From NCBI GenBank assembly GCA_951406725.2, contig OX597816.1, positions 159,774,001 to 159,838,000 on the forward strand: 64,000 nt of DNA, given 5' to 3'. The stretch is from Octopus vulgaris. Its lineage: Eukaryota. Positions 22,981 to 37,302 of this stretch are shown here, piece by piece. The notes under the pieces are model-generated. The model was not told the origin of the DNA. It made no database searches and saw only the letters and a program-made list of their open reading frames with translations. Numbering within the stretch: the stretch's first letter is position 1; every line of letters begins with the position of its first letter. The position numbers and the translations under genes were made by a program.

Positions 22981-25320
22981 TGTTTGATGTTTGAAGTCTC
23001 ATCGTAATCTGCTTCTGCACTGTCTGTTTCTAAGAGAGTCCACGACCTGCAACCAAATTCCTCCAGTAAACATATGTAACATGTTCTCCGCTACTTGTAG
23101 CGTTCTCATGTACATTGTAGGTCAGTTGGCACCTAACTTTTCTAACAAATGCTTAATGGACCTCATTCAAACTTTTCAAGAAGGGGAGTTTTCTCCACAA
23201 ATCATCTCAATTTATATTTGCATCAGACGTCTTGCTACGTTATTCTGCATGATCCATAGACATTGCTTCTTCCCATTTGCAAAACTGTCTAGTATGCCTT
23301 CTTAAAGCAAGTATGGACTTATGGTATTGACAATTCATACATTTGTTTAAATGTTGGGGGGTGGGGCGTATTATGAAGAAAATAGTATATTTACTAACAC
23401 TTCAGGTAAGATTTGGTTGTATTACCATAAATTGCTGGTTGGTGCTGCCACATACCCCTCTTCCTATACCTGATGTTCTGGAGGCCCCCAAATAAGTGTT
23501 ACTATCCGATCAGAAAAATTTGTATGCAAGAAATTACCCTCCCTTTGTTAGCTTGCTAGAAAACATTTTTGGTTCACTGTATCTGTAATTTCCCCTCTCA
23601 GTGTAAACTTTTTGTCTTGGGACCATGGTTTGGAGAAAAAAAATCTTATTGCCATACCATAAAAGGCCATTTAGTGGGGCTATTTGTTTATTCTACATGT
23701 CCACTTCAAAACAAAACAACAAAAAAAAGAAAATTGAAAAACAAAAAAGGAAAAAAATTAAATGTTTGAATAAATGCTGGCTTCTAGCACTTTGTTAAAA
23801 GGGAATGTCAAACAATTCCAGCAGAATGTTAAAAATTAGAACTTATTTCCCTAAGATATTGACCTTTTATCTCCAACTCTTAGTTGTCAAATGTGGCATC
23901 TTTTATGTACATATACTTATTTATGAGTGTCTGGTTCTCTCTGTGTGTTATGTATGTGTTACATACATGCATTCACACATACACACGCACACACACATTT
24001 GTTTAATATACATGCATATTCTTTCTCTCCATGAATTTAAAAGGAAAACAGAAAAGCACCAGATATAGTTTTGATTTAGGAAATGTCTGAAATATGCCAC
24101 TTGTCAACTTCATATCTACTCTTTCTCAATACACTATGTTCCTCCTCCTCCAAATGTACTCAAGATCTTTCTTAACTTTTCTTAATTTTAAATTTTTTTT
24201 AATATAGACCCCTGGAGGCTGTCATACCTGGCCTATGAATGGTTTATTTATTTCCAATGGCTATATGTGATTTGATATATTACACATTTGATAACCCTGT
24301 ATGATTTTAGTTGTCAGTATATAGAAAATAGTACCTTGCTGTAAGGAGACAACGATATGACTTGTGCAGCCAATTGTCTAGTGGTCATATCCTGACAGAA
24401 ATCACTGTCCAGCTGCCGATTACTATTGATGTCTCCTTTCAAGCATTTATATTTATTTTTTCTTAGTCTTATTTATGTCTTTAGTGTATTAAGTTTGGCC
24501 CATCTCCTTTACTTGTTTCTGCACAGCTGCTTTCTCCTAAATGAGCAAGACACTTTTCAAAAATGGATGTAAACTATTGCTGAATACAGCAACTGGCTAA
24601 TTATTGAGGTTAACACTTTATTTTTTAAAGTGAAACTCTTGGTGTGTTTTGTCAGGCAGAATGTTTGAGTGTGTGTGTGTGAGAGAAAGAGGAAAATATA
24701 TGTCAGTTTAGTTATTCTAAGGGTATATATTAATATCCCTTTAATTTTGATGAATATCACAATTTTGTGTGGTCATTTGTGTGTTTGTGACTGTACGCAA
24801 GTAGTAATTGATGACACAAGCCTGTCAGTTTTGAAATTTCAACTAATATCTAAAAACTTTCAAAAAGAAATCCCATAACATGCACTAAGCATATCAACCC
24901 TACCCCCTCCCCAAGAAAAATCCCCCCTAAACCCTCATTAACGATCTTGAGTTGTTGAAGTTCAGCTGGGTATAATGACCTGAGCTCACCACTGCTAGCT
25001 GCATTGTCATCTGTGACTATAACTTTGGGAAAAACTTTAATCATTAGACCTTTTTAGTAAGTTTATAAGAGCAAAACTGGTCAAATTTTAGATGTTTAAA
25101 ATTGAAGTACCCTGAATATTTAAAATATTTCACAGGACAGCAGCCAGCTACGTGGTGGGTCCCGGCGCAGTTGTCGGTTCGGTTGTGTATTTAGCCTTCA
25201 AGCTTTCAAACAGCAAAATATGTCAGGAAACACTAGTCAGTCTAAACTTTTTGTGCAACTCAACAAATGTTGTATAATTGTTTTGTCCAATAAAGTTGTA
25301 TATGTCTATGGATTTGTGCT
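22981..25320 (+). other. GNB1: probable long 3'UTR of the G-beta gene
   Basis: Stretch with no recognisable transposons after the stop; AATAAA at 23769-23774 and 25289-25294, the latter followed by GT/T-rich sequence. Confidence 0.45.
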
Positions 25321-28247
25321 GGTTTTTCTTCAGTTACCATTTCAATTTTTATCCTATTTTTCCTAAATTTCACAAGTGTATTTCAGTGAAAAGTTTCTGT
25401 TGCTTGTACTTATTGGGCCCTCCAAATAGAGGCTATGACACGAATCCTTCTTAATTAGATTGTATCATGCTTTGTTCTGGCAGAAATATACTGGGAATTT
25501 TTCTTTTTTTTTACTCTACATACTCTATAGCCGTCAAGTGACATCTCAGTCATGTTTTCCTTCTGTTGGTCAATACAATAATTGTCCAATATATAAACTC
25601 TTAAATTATTTTTTCTTTTACCTCCGCCATCATGGATTCCATCTGCTTCTAATTTGCTCTTCTAAAAATATCTTTAATTAAAATCAGTTATCTTCAGCAA
25701 TAACTTATTTATATTGCAGTTTAGGTGGCCTTATTATTTTAGGTTATCTAAAATGCTCCTTAGTTATTCTCTGCACTTGGCATTTTTTTTTCTTTTTGCT
25801 TGCAAATTGACAAAAGTGATATTTAGATAATGAATTTCTAATATGATAGCTATAACTTTATTTTTCAATTTTCAACAATAATAAATTAATTGCAGTATAG
25901 TGTTCTATTCTGTTAACTTTCTATTGAGACTCTTTTTGGAAGAAACCTTCAATGAAGAACTTGGAAGAATGTAAAATAAAAAGAAATCTTCAGCACATCC
26001 CGAGTTCTTATTCCCCAAATCAAAATTGGAGCCAAAAGGTTTGGTGAAGTATATTTTAGTGTGATATTTCTCTCCTTCACTTCTCACTTCGTCCACTTCA
26101 TGTGCAGACAAATTGGGTGTTATTTGCCAGCAACTTTAAACAGCAGTGCTGAGCAAAACCTACTTTTCAGACTTCATTGTATATCCAAGTTTTGGGCTGA
26201 CATCAATTTTTTTCCCCCTTTACCTGTTGTATAAATATTGTATTCCCCTAACTATTGACAAACTTTTGTAGCTTATATAGTTAGAATTTAGAACCTGTTC
26301 ATTTTGACTCTTGTATTTTGTGTTCAGTATTCTAATTTTGTTTATGTACATTATATACATTCTATATTTTCCCCCCATATATATATGTATATAATAATAT
26401 ATGTATATATATAATCATTTTTTGTGAAATTCCAAATGCTGTGTTAAGTTCAAAACTTTGTTTTTTTCCAATTTTAGTAATTTAAGTTTTTTAAATTCTA
26501 GTTATCAATACGGGTCATTTTGACTCAATAAAGACTGAAAGATGAAACACTCAAGTTGTCTGTTTTTATATTTTCACTATGGCAACTGCTTTTATTACTT
26601 GTGTTTACTTGTAGTTTTTATTTTCAAATTGAATTGCAGATTAATTTTATTACTTCCTACATACTTTTAGCTTTTAAAAACTGAACCTTTTGTAAAAATA
26701 TTAATACTGATTTTATAAACACACAAGCAAGCAAGAGCAGTGAATTTGGAGAATTTTTCTCCTCCCTTCTTTGTTTATTGTATAGAATTTGTGATTTTTT
26801 CATATTTTAGTAACTTATCAAGCTGAGATTTTGTAGCACTTAGGCTTTAAATGCAGAAACTGGAAAAAAAAAGTTTCTCATTCAGTTTCATAAATGCTGT
26901 AAGCTATTTTATTGAGTTTAAAAATCCATCTTGTTGGTTATAATACTAAAATTTCATTTTATGATCACAACTGGTTGAAACCAGTCAATTTAAATATATT
27001 ACTGATGTGAGGTATCTTCACACCAGTATTGTTTTACTTGGGCAATCAATATGCAATGTTTCCATCACTAGATGTTCACTTCATCTTCATATAGAATCAA
27101 TAATATACATTCAAGACAGGAATGTCTGTATTATACACCTCCTACAAAGCATTGCAAACAAGTCTATGTGCAACCTTTCAATCATATGTAGAGATGTGCT
27201 ACATAAAATCACCCAGTACACTCTGTAAAATGGTGGATGTTAGGAAGAGCATCCAGCCAGAGAAACTAAGCCAAATCACGACTGGAGCCTGAGTAGCTAC
27301 TTCCAAAATGTCCAACCCATGCCAGCATGAGAAACGGGCGTTAAACGATGTTGGTGTTTATTAAATTCAGATGTACTGAATTATGTTTCAGTTGTGTGTC
27401 TATCTTGTTGCTACAAGTTAAGATTCTAATGATAGCCATTGCAGTGGTAAGATCTAATCGGAATGCAATGGTTGTTGTTACTTCACACTTGGAGGTGCTA
27501 CTTGGTTTATCGTAATTTGCACTCAAATCTTTTTTATCCTGTTTTTTTTTTTTTTTTTATGTTGATGTATCTGCTAAGTAAAATACACCAGTAAAGTTGT
27601 AATACTATTCCTAACGCCAAAGAATCCAACCAAGAAAAATCTGAGATAGTCTTTTAACCCATTTAAGAGTGCAACAACAACAACCCTGCAAGTGTGGAAA
27701 GTAGATGTAAAATTTAACAAAAACTGAGTCAGTTAAAATATATCAAACAAATCTTGAAGAAAAAAAAAATGCTCCATAATTGATTTACAGCTGTTTTCAG
27801 AAGACTCAAAAATTCATATTTATTCTGCTACACAGTTAACTAAATACAATACAAATTTTCAACTTTAATTATGAAGCCTGTCTCCCTAAAATGCTCTTTT
27901 CCCACACCTAAGTCCCCACCATATTTTAACTAAGCTGCAATATTTTTCATTATCACTTTTCTTTTCTGAATAACCAGTGGGTACAGGCATGGCCACATGG
28001 TTGAGATGTTTGCTTTGCTGTCATGGTTTCTTGTTCACTCACTCTGGACAGTTATCTTAGGCAAGCATCTTCTACCAGGATCCCTTCTCAAACCTTTTAC
28101 ATGAAATTTAGTACATAGAAATTGAAAGCCCATCAAATGGTTGTTTTATTTGGAATTGTTTCTCTCACCCACACTTTCAGAGACCCTGACAAAAGTTTGG
28201 GTGTTGCCTCTGATTCTTGATTGAGCCCTAAAGATTTTAATATAATT

Positions 28248-28476
28248 TTAACCCTTTAGCATTTAAACCGGCCATATCCGGCCAAAAGTATTCTGCCTGT
28301 TTCATGTTCAAACTGGCCATATCTGGTCTCTCACACCAACCCTACAATATCATCTTAAAAATTAACAGCTACCTCATCAAAATCTCATAGCTACAAGATA
28401 AGGCATGATTAATTCAAAACAATGTGGATGAAGAAGCATTAATTTTGGCAGAATAGTGCGAACACTAAAGGGTTAA
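28248..28476. mobile_element. piggyBac-type MITE (family A)
   Basis: TTAA-CCCTTTAG...CTAAAGGG-TTAA; homologous to 1578-1813. Confidence 0.8.
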
Positions 28477-30297
28477 ATGGTATTATTTATGTTTGTCATG
28501 ATGGCTCTTTAGCTATATTTGCTCTCCTCATCTATCATGAAAGGATTGTGAAATGTAGTTTTAGACCTGCAGTATAAGGGTAATTTGTTCACAATGTATG
28601 ATCTAGAGTGTATGCCCACACTCCTTGACATGCAAAGTCTGATGGGTATGAGTCAACTTGTAGTAAATGACAATCTATATTTTCCTTCCTGTCCTATTCC
28701 TGATTATCCATATATAAAAGAAACCCAAGCTATCAACATTTTAAAGTAACACTGGCACCTAATAACTTAATGTTGATGGTTTGGACAGCCCCTTGCCTTC
28801 CTGTATTAGTGATGAAGTTTAACCCTTTTAATACCAACCAGCCTGAGACCACCCCTGGTTCTATGACAGTGACCTAAATTAAAACCTTCCATCAAAATTT
28901 CATGTTAATTTATGTTCTAAATACCAGCTTGAGAAGGACAGTTATTTTGATAAATTCTTCACTAGTTTAAAAATTAACTGAAGCAAAGGAACAGAAATAT
29001 AAGAAAAAAGATTAAGAATCCTTGATGTAGAACACAGAAGTATTGCAGTACGCCATTTCATCACTTTCCTTTCTCATGTCAGTCAGTGATATGAGAAGCA
29101 AACTGTTTAGCTTTATTGTTGCTCAAAACATTTAAATTGCACTCCTCTTCTTATGACGTATTAAACAAGTACAGGTACTATTTGAAATCCTTCATTCCTG
29201 TCACTATTTTAAGATTAGGGAAGGCATATTATTTATGTTAGTATTACACCTGCATTATGAGTAGACAGCTTCATACGACTCTAAACTTGCTCCTACTTGA
29301 TCTTTTCAGCTCTTGAAGAAATTCTGAGGAATAATTTCATCAAAGAATATATGATCTTTTTTTAATTGGCACAAGGCCACACGTTTGCTAGGTTCTGAGG
29401 GTGGAGTTGTTTGAATTGACACAAGTATAAATGATTCTGAGTGGACAAAAGGTGAAACCAACTTGGTAGGGTTTGAATTTGGGCCAAGACTAAGTACTGT
29501 AAAGCATTTAGTCTGGTGCTCTGCCACTTCTGTAAACTTACCACCCACTTCTTCAGGTTAATATTGAGATAAGCTACCTGACATTTGTTTTATTCATACA
29601 TTAGTTATACAAGTCATTTTCTGACGTAAATAACTGTTACTGTATCCTGAAGTAAACTAGGTTCTCCTCATTTTTGTTGTTTCTAAATTTACTTGAAAAA
29701 TATTGAGAATTTCATCTGCAGTTTCAGCTATCAATTTAGCAGTAAACACTAATAACTTCTTGTTGAATTACATTATCAGCAAATCTGACATAATGCATTC
29801 AATCTGCATTTTTAGCTGAGGTTATCCTAAGATTTATTACTTAAAACATATGCTTCTCATTTTAAATTTGCTGCATTCAATAGATACAGGAATTATACAT
29901 TTGATCTACTAGCTCCACCATTTCAGTGAAACATAAGTTCCTATTTTGATAGAGTGACTTTTATCTATTTAAGTGAAGACTCGAATACATGTATCTAATT
30001 TAAACCAGATTGGTGAAGATGTTGGACACTTCACTGTGTGCATAACATTAAATTATTATCTGTACTCTAAGATAATGCACAATGTTGGTTTCATTTAAAT
30101 TTACTAGCAGAAAAACCTGCCCTCTGTGTAGTTTTCTGCTAAATACTACATAATATTTGTACATTAGATTTCCAATTTGTGCAATTTTCCTGATATTACA
30201 TCTGATTTACCCTTGTATCCTAATAGCACTCAATAAATAAGCAAGATGGTGTTGGAATTTATGAAGAAACTAAGTATTATTTTAGCCATGTAAAAAT

Positions 30298-30459
30298 TGT
30301 GGCACGTAAAAAGCACCCACTACACTCGTGGAGTGGTTGGCGTTAGGAAGGGCATCCAGCTGTAGAAACTCTGCCAGATCAGACTGGAGCCTGGAGCAGA
30401 CCCCGGTCGAACCGTCCAACACGTGCTAGCGCGGAAAACGGGCGTTAAACGATGATGAT
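30298..30459 (+). mobile_element. RTE 3' tail fragment
   Basis: GGCACGTAAAAGCACCCACTAC...GTTAAACGATGATGAT. Confidence 0.8.
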
Positions 30460-31067
30460 ATATACAGGGTAGATTTCATAAATTTGCGTGATAGCAATCT
30501 GGAATGCGCACCTAGTATATACTGTAAAAGGTCATATTGAAAAATTTAAGGTAGGTTTGAACACGTGATTATATAACTAACTTCTTCAGCATTACTTTTC
30601 CATCTATATATATATTCATTTTAGTTTTAATAACCTATTTAACTACATTTATTTACTATAGTTATATGAACTACAATAACATGAACAGTAAAGGAATTAA
30701 CTATTGGAGATATATAACAGATTTCAAGTTACATTCTTAGGTGTAGGAGAAAGAGAGAAAAGTGAAGTGCTCAGGGAATTCTGTTGATGGGATCAATTGG
30801 AACCCTCGTCATCATAACCACCAGAGTGTCAGTACCAGACATGACACTACTATAGTGCTAGTACTGAGAAATATTGCACACAATATACCAACACACACAC
30901 ATATACATATCATATGTATATAAATAACAAAGATATACAGGTGTCAAGACACAGTCTTGATATTCAATATTCAAATAATATTGTTGGGGTGTGCAGATTA
31001 TACTGAATTAGCAAGGTGCCTCAATTTAAGTACCTAATTTAACTGAATCATATATATATATGTGTGT

Positions 31068-31325
31068 CATTATTATCATCATTTAACATCATTTTCCATG
31101 CTAGCACGGGTTCGACCGGGGTCTGGGAAACCAGAAGGCTGCACCAGGCTCCAGTTTGATCTGGCAGTGTTTCTACAGCTGGATGCCCTTCCTAATGCCA
31201 ACCACTCCGTGAGTGTAGTGGGTGCTTTTTACGCGCCGCCGGCACAGGTGCTAGGGGAGGCTGGCAGTGTCCACAATTGGTTGGTGCTTTTTACGTGCCA
31301 CCGGCACAGAAGCCAGTCAAGGGCA
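31068..31325 (-). mobile_element. RTE 3' tail fragment
   Basis: Reverse-complement tail with about 1.5 tandem units. Confidence 0.75.
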
Positions 31326-31364
31326 CAGTGTGTGTAGACATTTACATGTTGAAATTATATAGGC

Positions 31365-31733
31365 ACATGCATGGCTGTGTGGTAAGAAGGTAGCTTTCCA
31401 ACTACATGGTTCCAGATTCAGTCCTGCTACATGGCATCTTGGGTGAGTGACTTCTACTATGGCCTCGGGCCAACCAAAACCTTGTGAGAGGGATTTGGTA
31501 GACGGAAACTGAAAGTAGCCCGTTGTATATATTTATGTTTGTAACTGTCTCCCCTCTCCCATTGCTTGACAACTGAAGTCCGTGTGTTTACGTCCCCATA
31601 ACTTAGAGGTTTGGCAGACAGGACTGATAGAATAAGCAGCAGGCTTACAAAGAATAAATCCAAGGGTCAATATCTTCAGCTAAAAGGCAGTACTCCAGCA
31701 TGGCCACAGTCAAATAACTGAAAGAAGTAAAAG
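31365..31733 (+). mobile_element. full-length tRNA-derived SINE
   Basis: Colinear with 8170-8657. Confidence 0.75.
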
Positions 31734-31799
31734 AGTGTGTATGTATGTACATGCTAGATGCTGCTCATCAAGACAAAACAGGACCACATCTTACATAAG

Positions 31800-34700
31800 T
31801 GTCATTTTGGGTTCATTTCTTGGCTTGTTTAATTTCTCATCTGCCATGAACATTCTGAATGTATTATTATTATTATTATTACTAATACTTTCGTTCCTCG
31901 TACCATCTCCTCAAATTAAACTTGCTTCCGGTTGCAGCTTATCTATTTAAAAATTCTTGTCCCATGTGCTCCCTTCCATTCCATTCTTTCACGTATTCTT
32001 GACCAATCGCCAAATAATGATTCATTGATAAGTTAAGATTCTCTCATTTTTTTTCGATCTTTCATACATTCATTCACCATTAACATTTTAAATGTATTGA
32101 TTACTAGCAGCTAGTTTTCAGAAGCTAACTAATTAAATTAAGACATTTACTCGTTTCTTGACTTGTTTAATTTCTCATTTCTTTGGTTTAATTTCTCATC
32201 TGCCATGAACACTCTGAATGTATATTACTACTATTACTACTACCGTTCCTCATGCCATCTCCCAAATTAAACTCTGTTCGCGGTGTGCCCGCCCTGTCCT
32301 GCTCCCACCACCAATACCAGATATATCGATCTTTATCTCTATCTCCTCACCGGCTACACTGGACATCTCTCTCTCTCCTCCCACCACCATTACCTGATGT
32401 CTCTTCTCTCAACCCCTCATTCTCCTCACTGGGCTGTTCTCTATATATTACCTGCACTCTCTCTCTCTCTCCTGGGACAAATGCAACTAGCTCAGTTGCC
32501 CACCTACTTATCGGCTTTTGTTTCATTTCATTTTGTCTAGAAATTTGTCACCGCCATTACCAAATGTCTCATCTCTCAGTCCCCTCTCCTCACTGGTGCC
32601 ATTTTCTATATTACCTACACCTCTCTCTCCTTGGAAAAATGCAACTAGGTTAGCTGCCCACCTACTTAACTGACTATCTTTCATTTTGTTTCATTCCATC
32701 TAGAAATATGCCAACAACTACCCAGTAATTTTCCATGCCCGTATCAAGTGAAGAGGACAGCTAATGGGCTGTACATATGTGCTTGTTCCTCTGTGTGTGT
32801 GCTTGTGTGTATGTATGGATGAGCTTGCTTCCTCTCTCTCTGTCTGAAACACCTCCCCTCGCTGGTGGTACCCTCCATCATACCTGCAATCCCCTCTCCT
32901 TGGACAAATGCAACCAGTTTAGCTGACTCCCTACTTAATCTAACATTGGAACATCCATATTTGCAACAGCGCTTAAATTTGCATTTTTTTTTTCTTATGA
33001 TGACCATAATGCTTATACCTACAATGCCCCGCTAACATCTACTCTTACCTCCAGTAGGGACAACAATCTTAATCTTAACACTCTTGAATGTTTGAATGAT
33101 GTCAGGTCAAAAATGAGAACAGGTGAAGCATGCCTAAAAAACAAACACAATAACCTCTCTCTTTTTAGGTGCTGAATAACATCTCTCCTCCCCAAGCCTC
33201 ACCCCACATTCCTTTCCCAGTTTTCAGAGCTGGCACTGTCAATGTAGGCACACTGAAAGGTAGGTCTTGTGAGATTGTAGAGATGCTTGAAAGGAGATGT
33301 GTCAATGTATGCTGCATACAAGAGGTAAGATGGAGAGGAGCTTCAGCTAGGGTCCTCACAGGCAAGGCACATAGGTATAAAATCTGGTAAGGTAACAGGG
33401 ATGGATAGGGGTGTAGGCATACTCCTTGCGAAGAAATAGGTAGATAAAGTCATAGAGGTTGTCAGGGTATGCAATAGAGTGCTTAAGTTCAGGCTAGTCC
33501 TGCAGAACAGCACAGCTAAAATTATCTCTGTCTATGCCCCATAAGTGGGCCTACCAAATGATCAGAAGGACCATTTTTATGATACCCTTCTACAGGCTAC
33601 CTCAAAGATGAGTGACAATGACCTCATCTTTGCAGCTGGAGATTTTAATGGGCATGTTGGGCAGCAATCTGATATCTGGCATACATGGGGGCCATGGTAT
33701 TGGTTCCTGAAACGATGAAGGAGCTAGGCTACTGGAGTTCTGTGAATTCATGTAACCTTTTAATCTGCAACACTAACTTCAGGAAGCCAGCCACCTGATA
33801 ACTTATCAATTAGTTGACTTTGCTAGCTAGTTTGATTTCATCCACACCAGACAGCAGGATGCAGAGTTGCTCTTAAATACAAAGACCCTCCCAGGTAAAG
33901 AATGTACTCCCCAGCATAGACTAGTCATTAGTGACTTTAGGCTCGAGGCCAGAAGGATGCCAAGAAGCAGATCAATCCAGAAAAGGATTTGGAAGCTAAA
34001 GAACCCTTCATGTGGTCAGAGATTTAGGGACATCCTCATCAAGAAATTTGATGAGAGAGAGGAGGAGCTACAGATCTCGGATATAGAAGATAGCTGGAAA
34101 TTCCTATAGGACAGCTTACTGAGTGCCACAGACCAAGTCTGTGAATGGTGCAAAGTCCCTTCCAGACCTAGAGTAACGTGGTGGTGAAATAATATGGTAG
34201 ACAAAGCCATTAGAGCAAAGAAACAGGCCTGGTAAACCTGGAAGGGTGGGGATAGCAGGCAACTGTACCAGATAGTGAGAAGGGAGGCTGGGCAACAGGT
34301 GTATATAACCAAGGGCAAAGCAGAAAAGAAGTTTGCCAATGTCCAGCAATATGAGGACCAAAGAACTGAAGTACAGTGTGTAAGAGAAAATTGTGATGTT
34401 ACAGGAGAGAAATGTGTCCACATGGATGATGGTGCACTTGCTTTTAGTGATTCGGAAAAGAAAGAGGCTTGGAGAAGCCATTATGAAAGACTGCTGAATG
34501 TGGAGAATGAATGGGAGGAGGAGAGCCTGCCAAATGTTGACCCAGTAGAGGGATCAGCTATCCGAATAGACAGCACCCTGGTAGATAAAGCAATTAAGGG
34601 TATGAAGCCAGGAAAAGCCCCCAGCCCATCAGGAATCACTGTTGAGACGCTTAAAACATCTGGTGGTGTGGGTTATGGCCTAGTCACCCGTATCGTAAAC

Positions 34701-35103
34701 CAGGTAGTTCATGATGGAGTCATACCTAATGACTGGCATAGCAGCAGCATAGTCAACTGCTACAAGGGTAAAGGTGATGCTTTAGATAGAAATAACTACA
34801 GGGGTATCAAACTGCTAGATCAGGTGATGAAGGTCATAGCCCAACTAATTAGGGAGAGATTCTGCTTAGATGAGATGCAGTTCAGTTTTGTGCCAAGGTA
34901 GAAGCACCACTAATGCTATATTCTTAGTACAGCAACTGTAGGAGAAATACCTAGCCAAAGATAAACCCCTATACAGGGGCCAGAGGAGGCTGTAGAAGTA
35001 CTGCAAGATCAGACTGGAGCCTGGAGCAGCTTCCTGGCTTCCCAGACCCGTCAAACCGTCCAACCCATGGCAGTATGGAAAACAGACATTAAACAATGAT
35101 GAT
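31800..35103 (+). mobile_element. decayed RTE-clade LINE: long 5'UTR, APE endonuclease, N-terminal RT, internal deletion, 3' tail
   Basis: APE motifs GTVNVGTL, CCIQEVRW, GDFNGHVG (33220-33660); RT start GKAPSPSGIT, KGKGDALDRNNYRGIKLL; many stops and frameshifts; (GAT)n tail at 35095-35103. Confidence 0.9.
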
Positions 35104-36594
35104 TTTCTATAACTGGCTGCCTTTCTAACACCAGCTACTTTATAGGCTGTACTAGGTACATTTTATGTGACACCTTTACTAGGGAGGTGCCAAATTCTTA
35201 AAAAGGCTAAAGGGTCCTTACACATTAAAAATGTATTACATACACTCTTGACTGTTCCCTCACCAACCTCTTTACAGCGTAAGAAACAAAGGATAAGACA
35301 GGGGCATGAATGATTGTTATACTCAACATTCTGAATGTACAGTCAAGGTAATGTGATATTTAGAATAGGACAATATATATATACACACACAAACCATCAT
35401 CCTATAATATAAATATTACCAACAAGCTCTTTGACATCTGATGAGTAAGAAGGAACATTTTGAATTAGTGCTTCTCTCTATCATCATCATTTGATATCCA
35501 TTTTCCCATGCTTGCATTGGGTTAGATAGAATTTGTTGAGGCAGACTTTCTTCAACTAGATACCCTTCCATCCTTACTGTTTCCAGGTGAGGTAAAAAAT
35601 TTCCACATAGCTAGGCATTTTTTTTCATGGAAGACTAAACAAACAACCTTCCTTTTATGACAATGACGCTCAGTTACAACCATCATGTGATGTCTAGACA
35701 AGTGTATACACACACACCCATGAATGTAAGCATATATATATATATATGGATGTGTGTATGTCTCATCATCATTATTATTTAACATCCGCCTTCCATGCTG
35801 GCACGGGTGGGATGGTTTCACAAGAGCCAGCCTGCACCAGACTTCTGTGACTGTTTTGGCAAGATTTTTACAGCTGGATGCCCTTCCTAACACCATCCAC
35901 TCAGCAAAGTGGACTTAGTGCTTTTTATGTGGCACAAGCACAGGCAAGGTCAGTTTTGGTAAGGTTTTTACAATTAGATGCCCTTCCGAACACCAACCAC
36001 TTTACAATGTGGACTGGGTATTTTTAAATGGCACCTGTACTGACAGGGTCACCAACTACTTTCAAAACAAAAGAAAAAAACCTTCCTAGAGAGAAGGAGG
36101 CATTGGTGGAGGTGATCTTGTGTTGGATGATGAAAGGTTATAGTGAGACATATATATAAAGGCTTTTTTCAGTTTCTGTCTACCAAACTCACAAGGCTTT
36201 GATTGATGTAAGGCTGTAAGAGAAGACACTTGACCAACATGCTACCCAGTAGGACTGAACCCAAGACCACTGGTTGGGAAGCAAGCTTCTTAACCAAACA
36301 ACCATATCTGTGCCTAATTCTAAGTGTATATTAAAGACATGTTTATGTGTGTATATAGAAAATCCAGTGATCTGTGTGGCATCATGGATGAGGACAGAAA
36401 GATTTTGTAAAGTGGTTTTAAAATCAATAATGTACACCTGATACTGATAAAATAGAGATGTAAGTATGTATGACTGGATTAACAAAAGTTTTGGTTACAA
36501 AATCAGGCTGTCTTTGGTGAGTACCAAATACAGGCTGAAGTCACTGAAATAATGAGTGACTACGACTGAAATGTATAAGTACATAAAATATTCT

Positions 36595-36785
36595 TTTCTA
36601 CTCCAGGCACAAGGGCCAACATTTTTGGTAAGGGGGCCAATCAACTAGATCGACCTCAGTATACAACTGGTATTTAATTTATCGACCCAGAAAGGATGAA
36701 AGGCAAAGTCGACCTCGGCGGAATTTGAACTCAGAACGTAAAGACAGACGAAATATTGCTTAGCATTTCGTCCGGCGAGCTAACA
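36595..36785 (-). mobile_element. SINE family 2
   Basis: On -: GTTCTGAGTTCAAATTCCGCCGAGGTCGACTTTGCCTTTCATCC; copies at 49555-49775(-), 56900-57100(-), 47650-49320(+, several). Confidence 0.75.
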
Positions 36786-36964
36786 TTTAAGTACATAAGA
36801 TATTACAAGTTAGTTCTGAATAGGTCACTTTGTTCTACGTTGCCTTAGTTGTTGGGATAGGAGCATCTACTTAACCTCATGAAACTAGACCAAACAACCT
36901 ACTTAAAAGGTAGTTTTTCGTCAAGTACAAACATATTGTTTTCAAATTTCCCAATAGTAATGCA

Positions 36965-36996
<32 letters not shown>

Positions 36997-37268
36997 AATA
37001 TAACATGAGAATATCAGGCTTTAATAGTAAATCATAACATTTGTTACTCTGCTGCACACCAGGTTTAATTTGTTGAGTTCATATTCATATAACATTATAC
37101 AAAATTATTTTTTATAGTTGAATATTTTTTCTGCAACTGCTATGTGTAGGCACTTTATCAAATAAAATACAATTAATTCCTGCTGGAATACTCAAGGCAT
37201 AAACAAATAATGACATCGGAGCTCTCTCTGCATGTTGTGTGGGTTTTTTATCCGAATTATACTACATG

Positions 37269-37302
<34 letters not shown>

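Noticed and set aside
24354-24391. SECIS element (ATGA-N11-AA)
   Set aside because: ATGA pairs Watson-Crick with TCAT instead of forming the GA quartet, and the CDS has no in-frame TGA.
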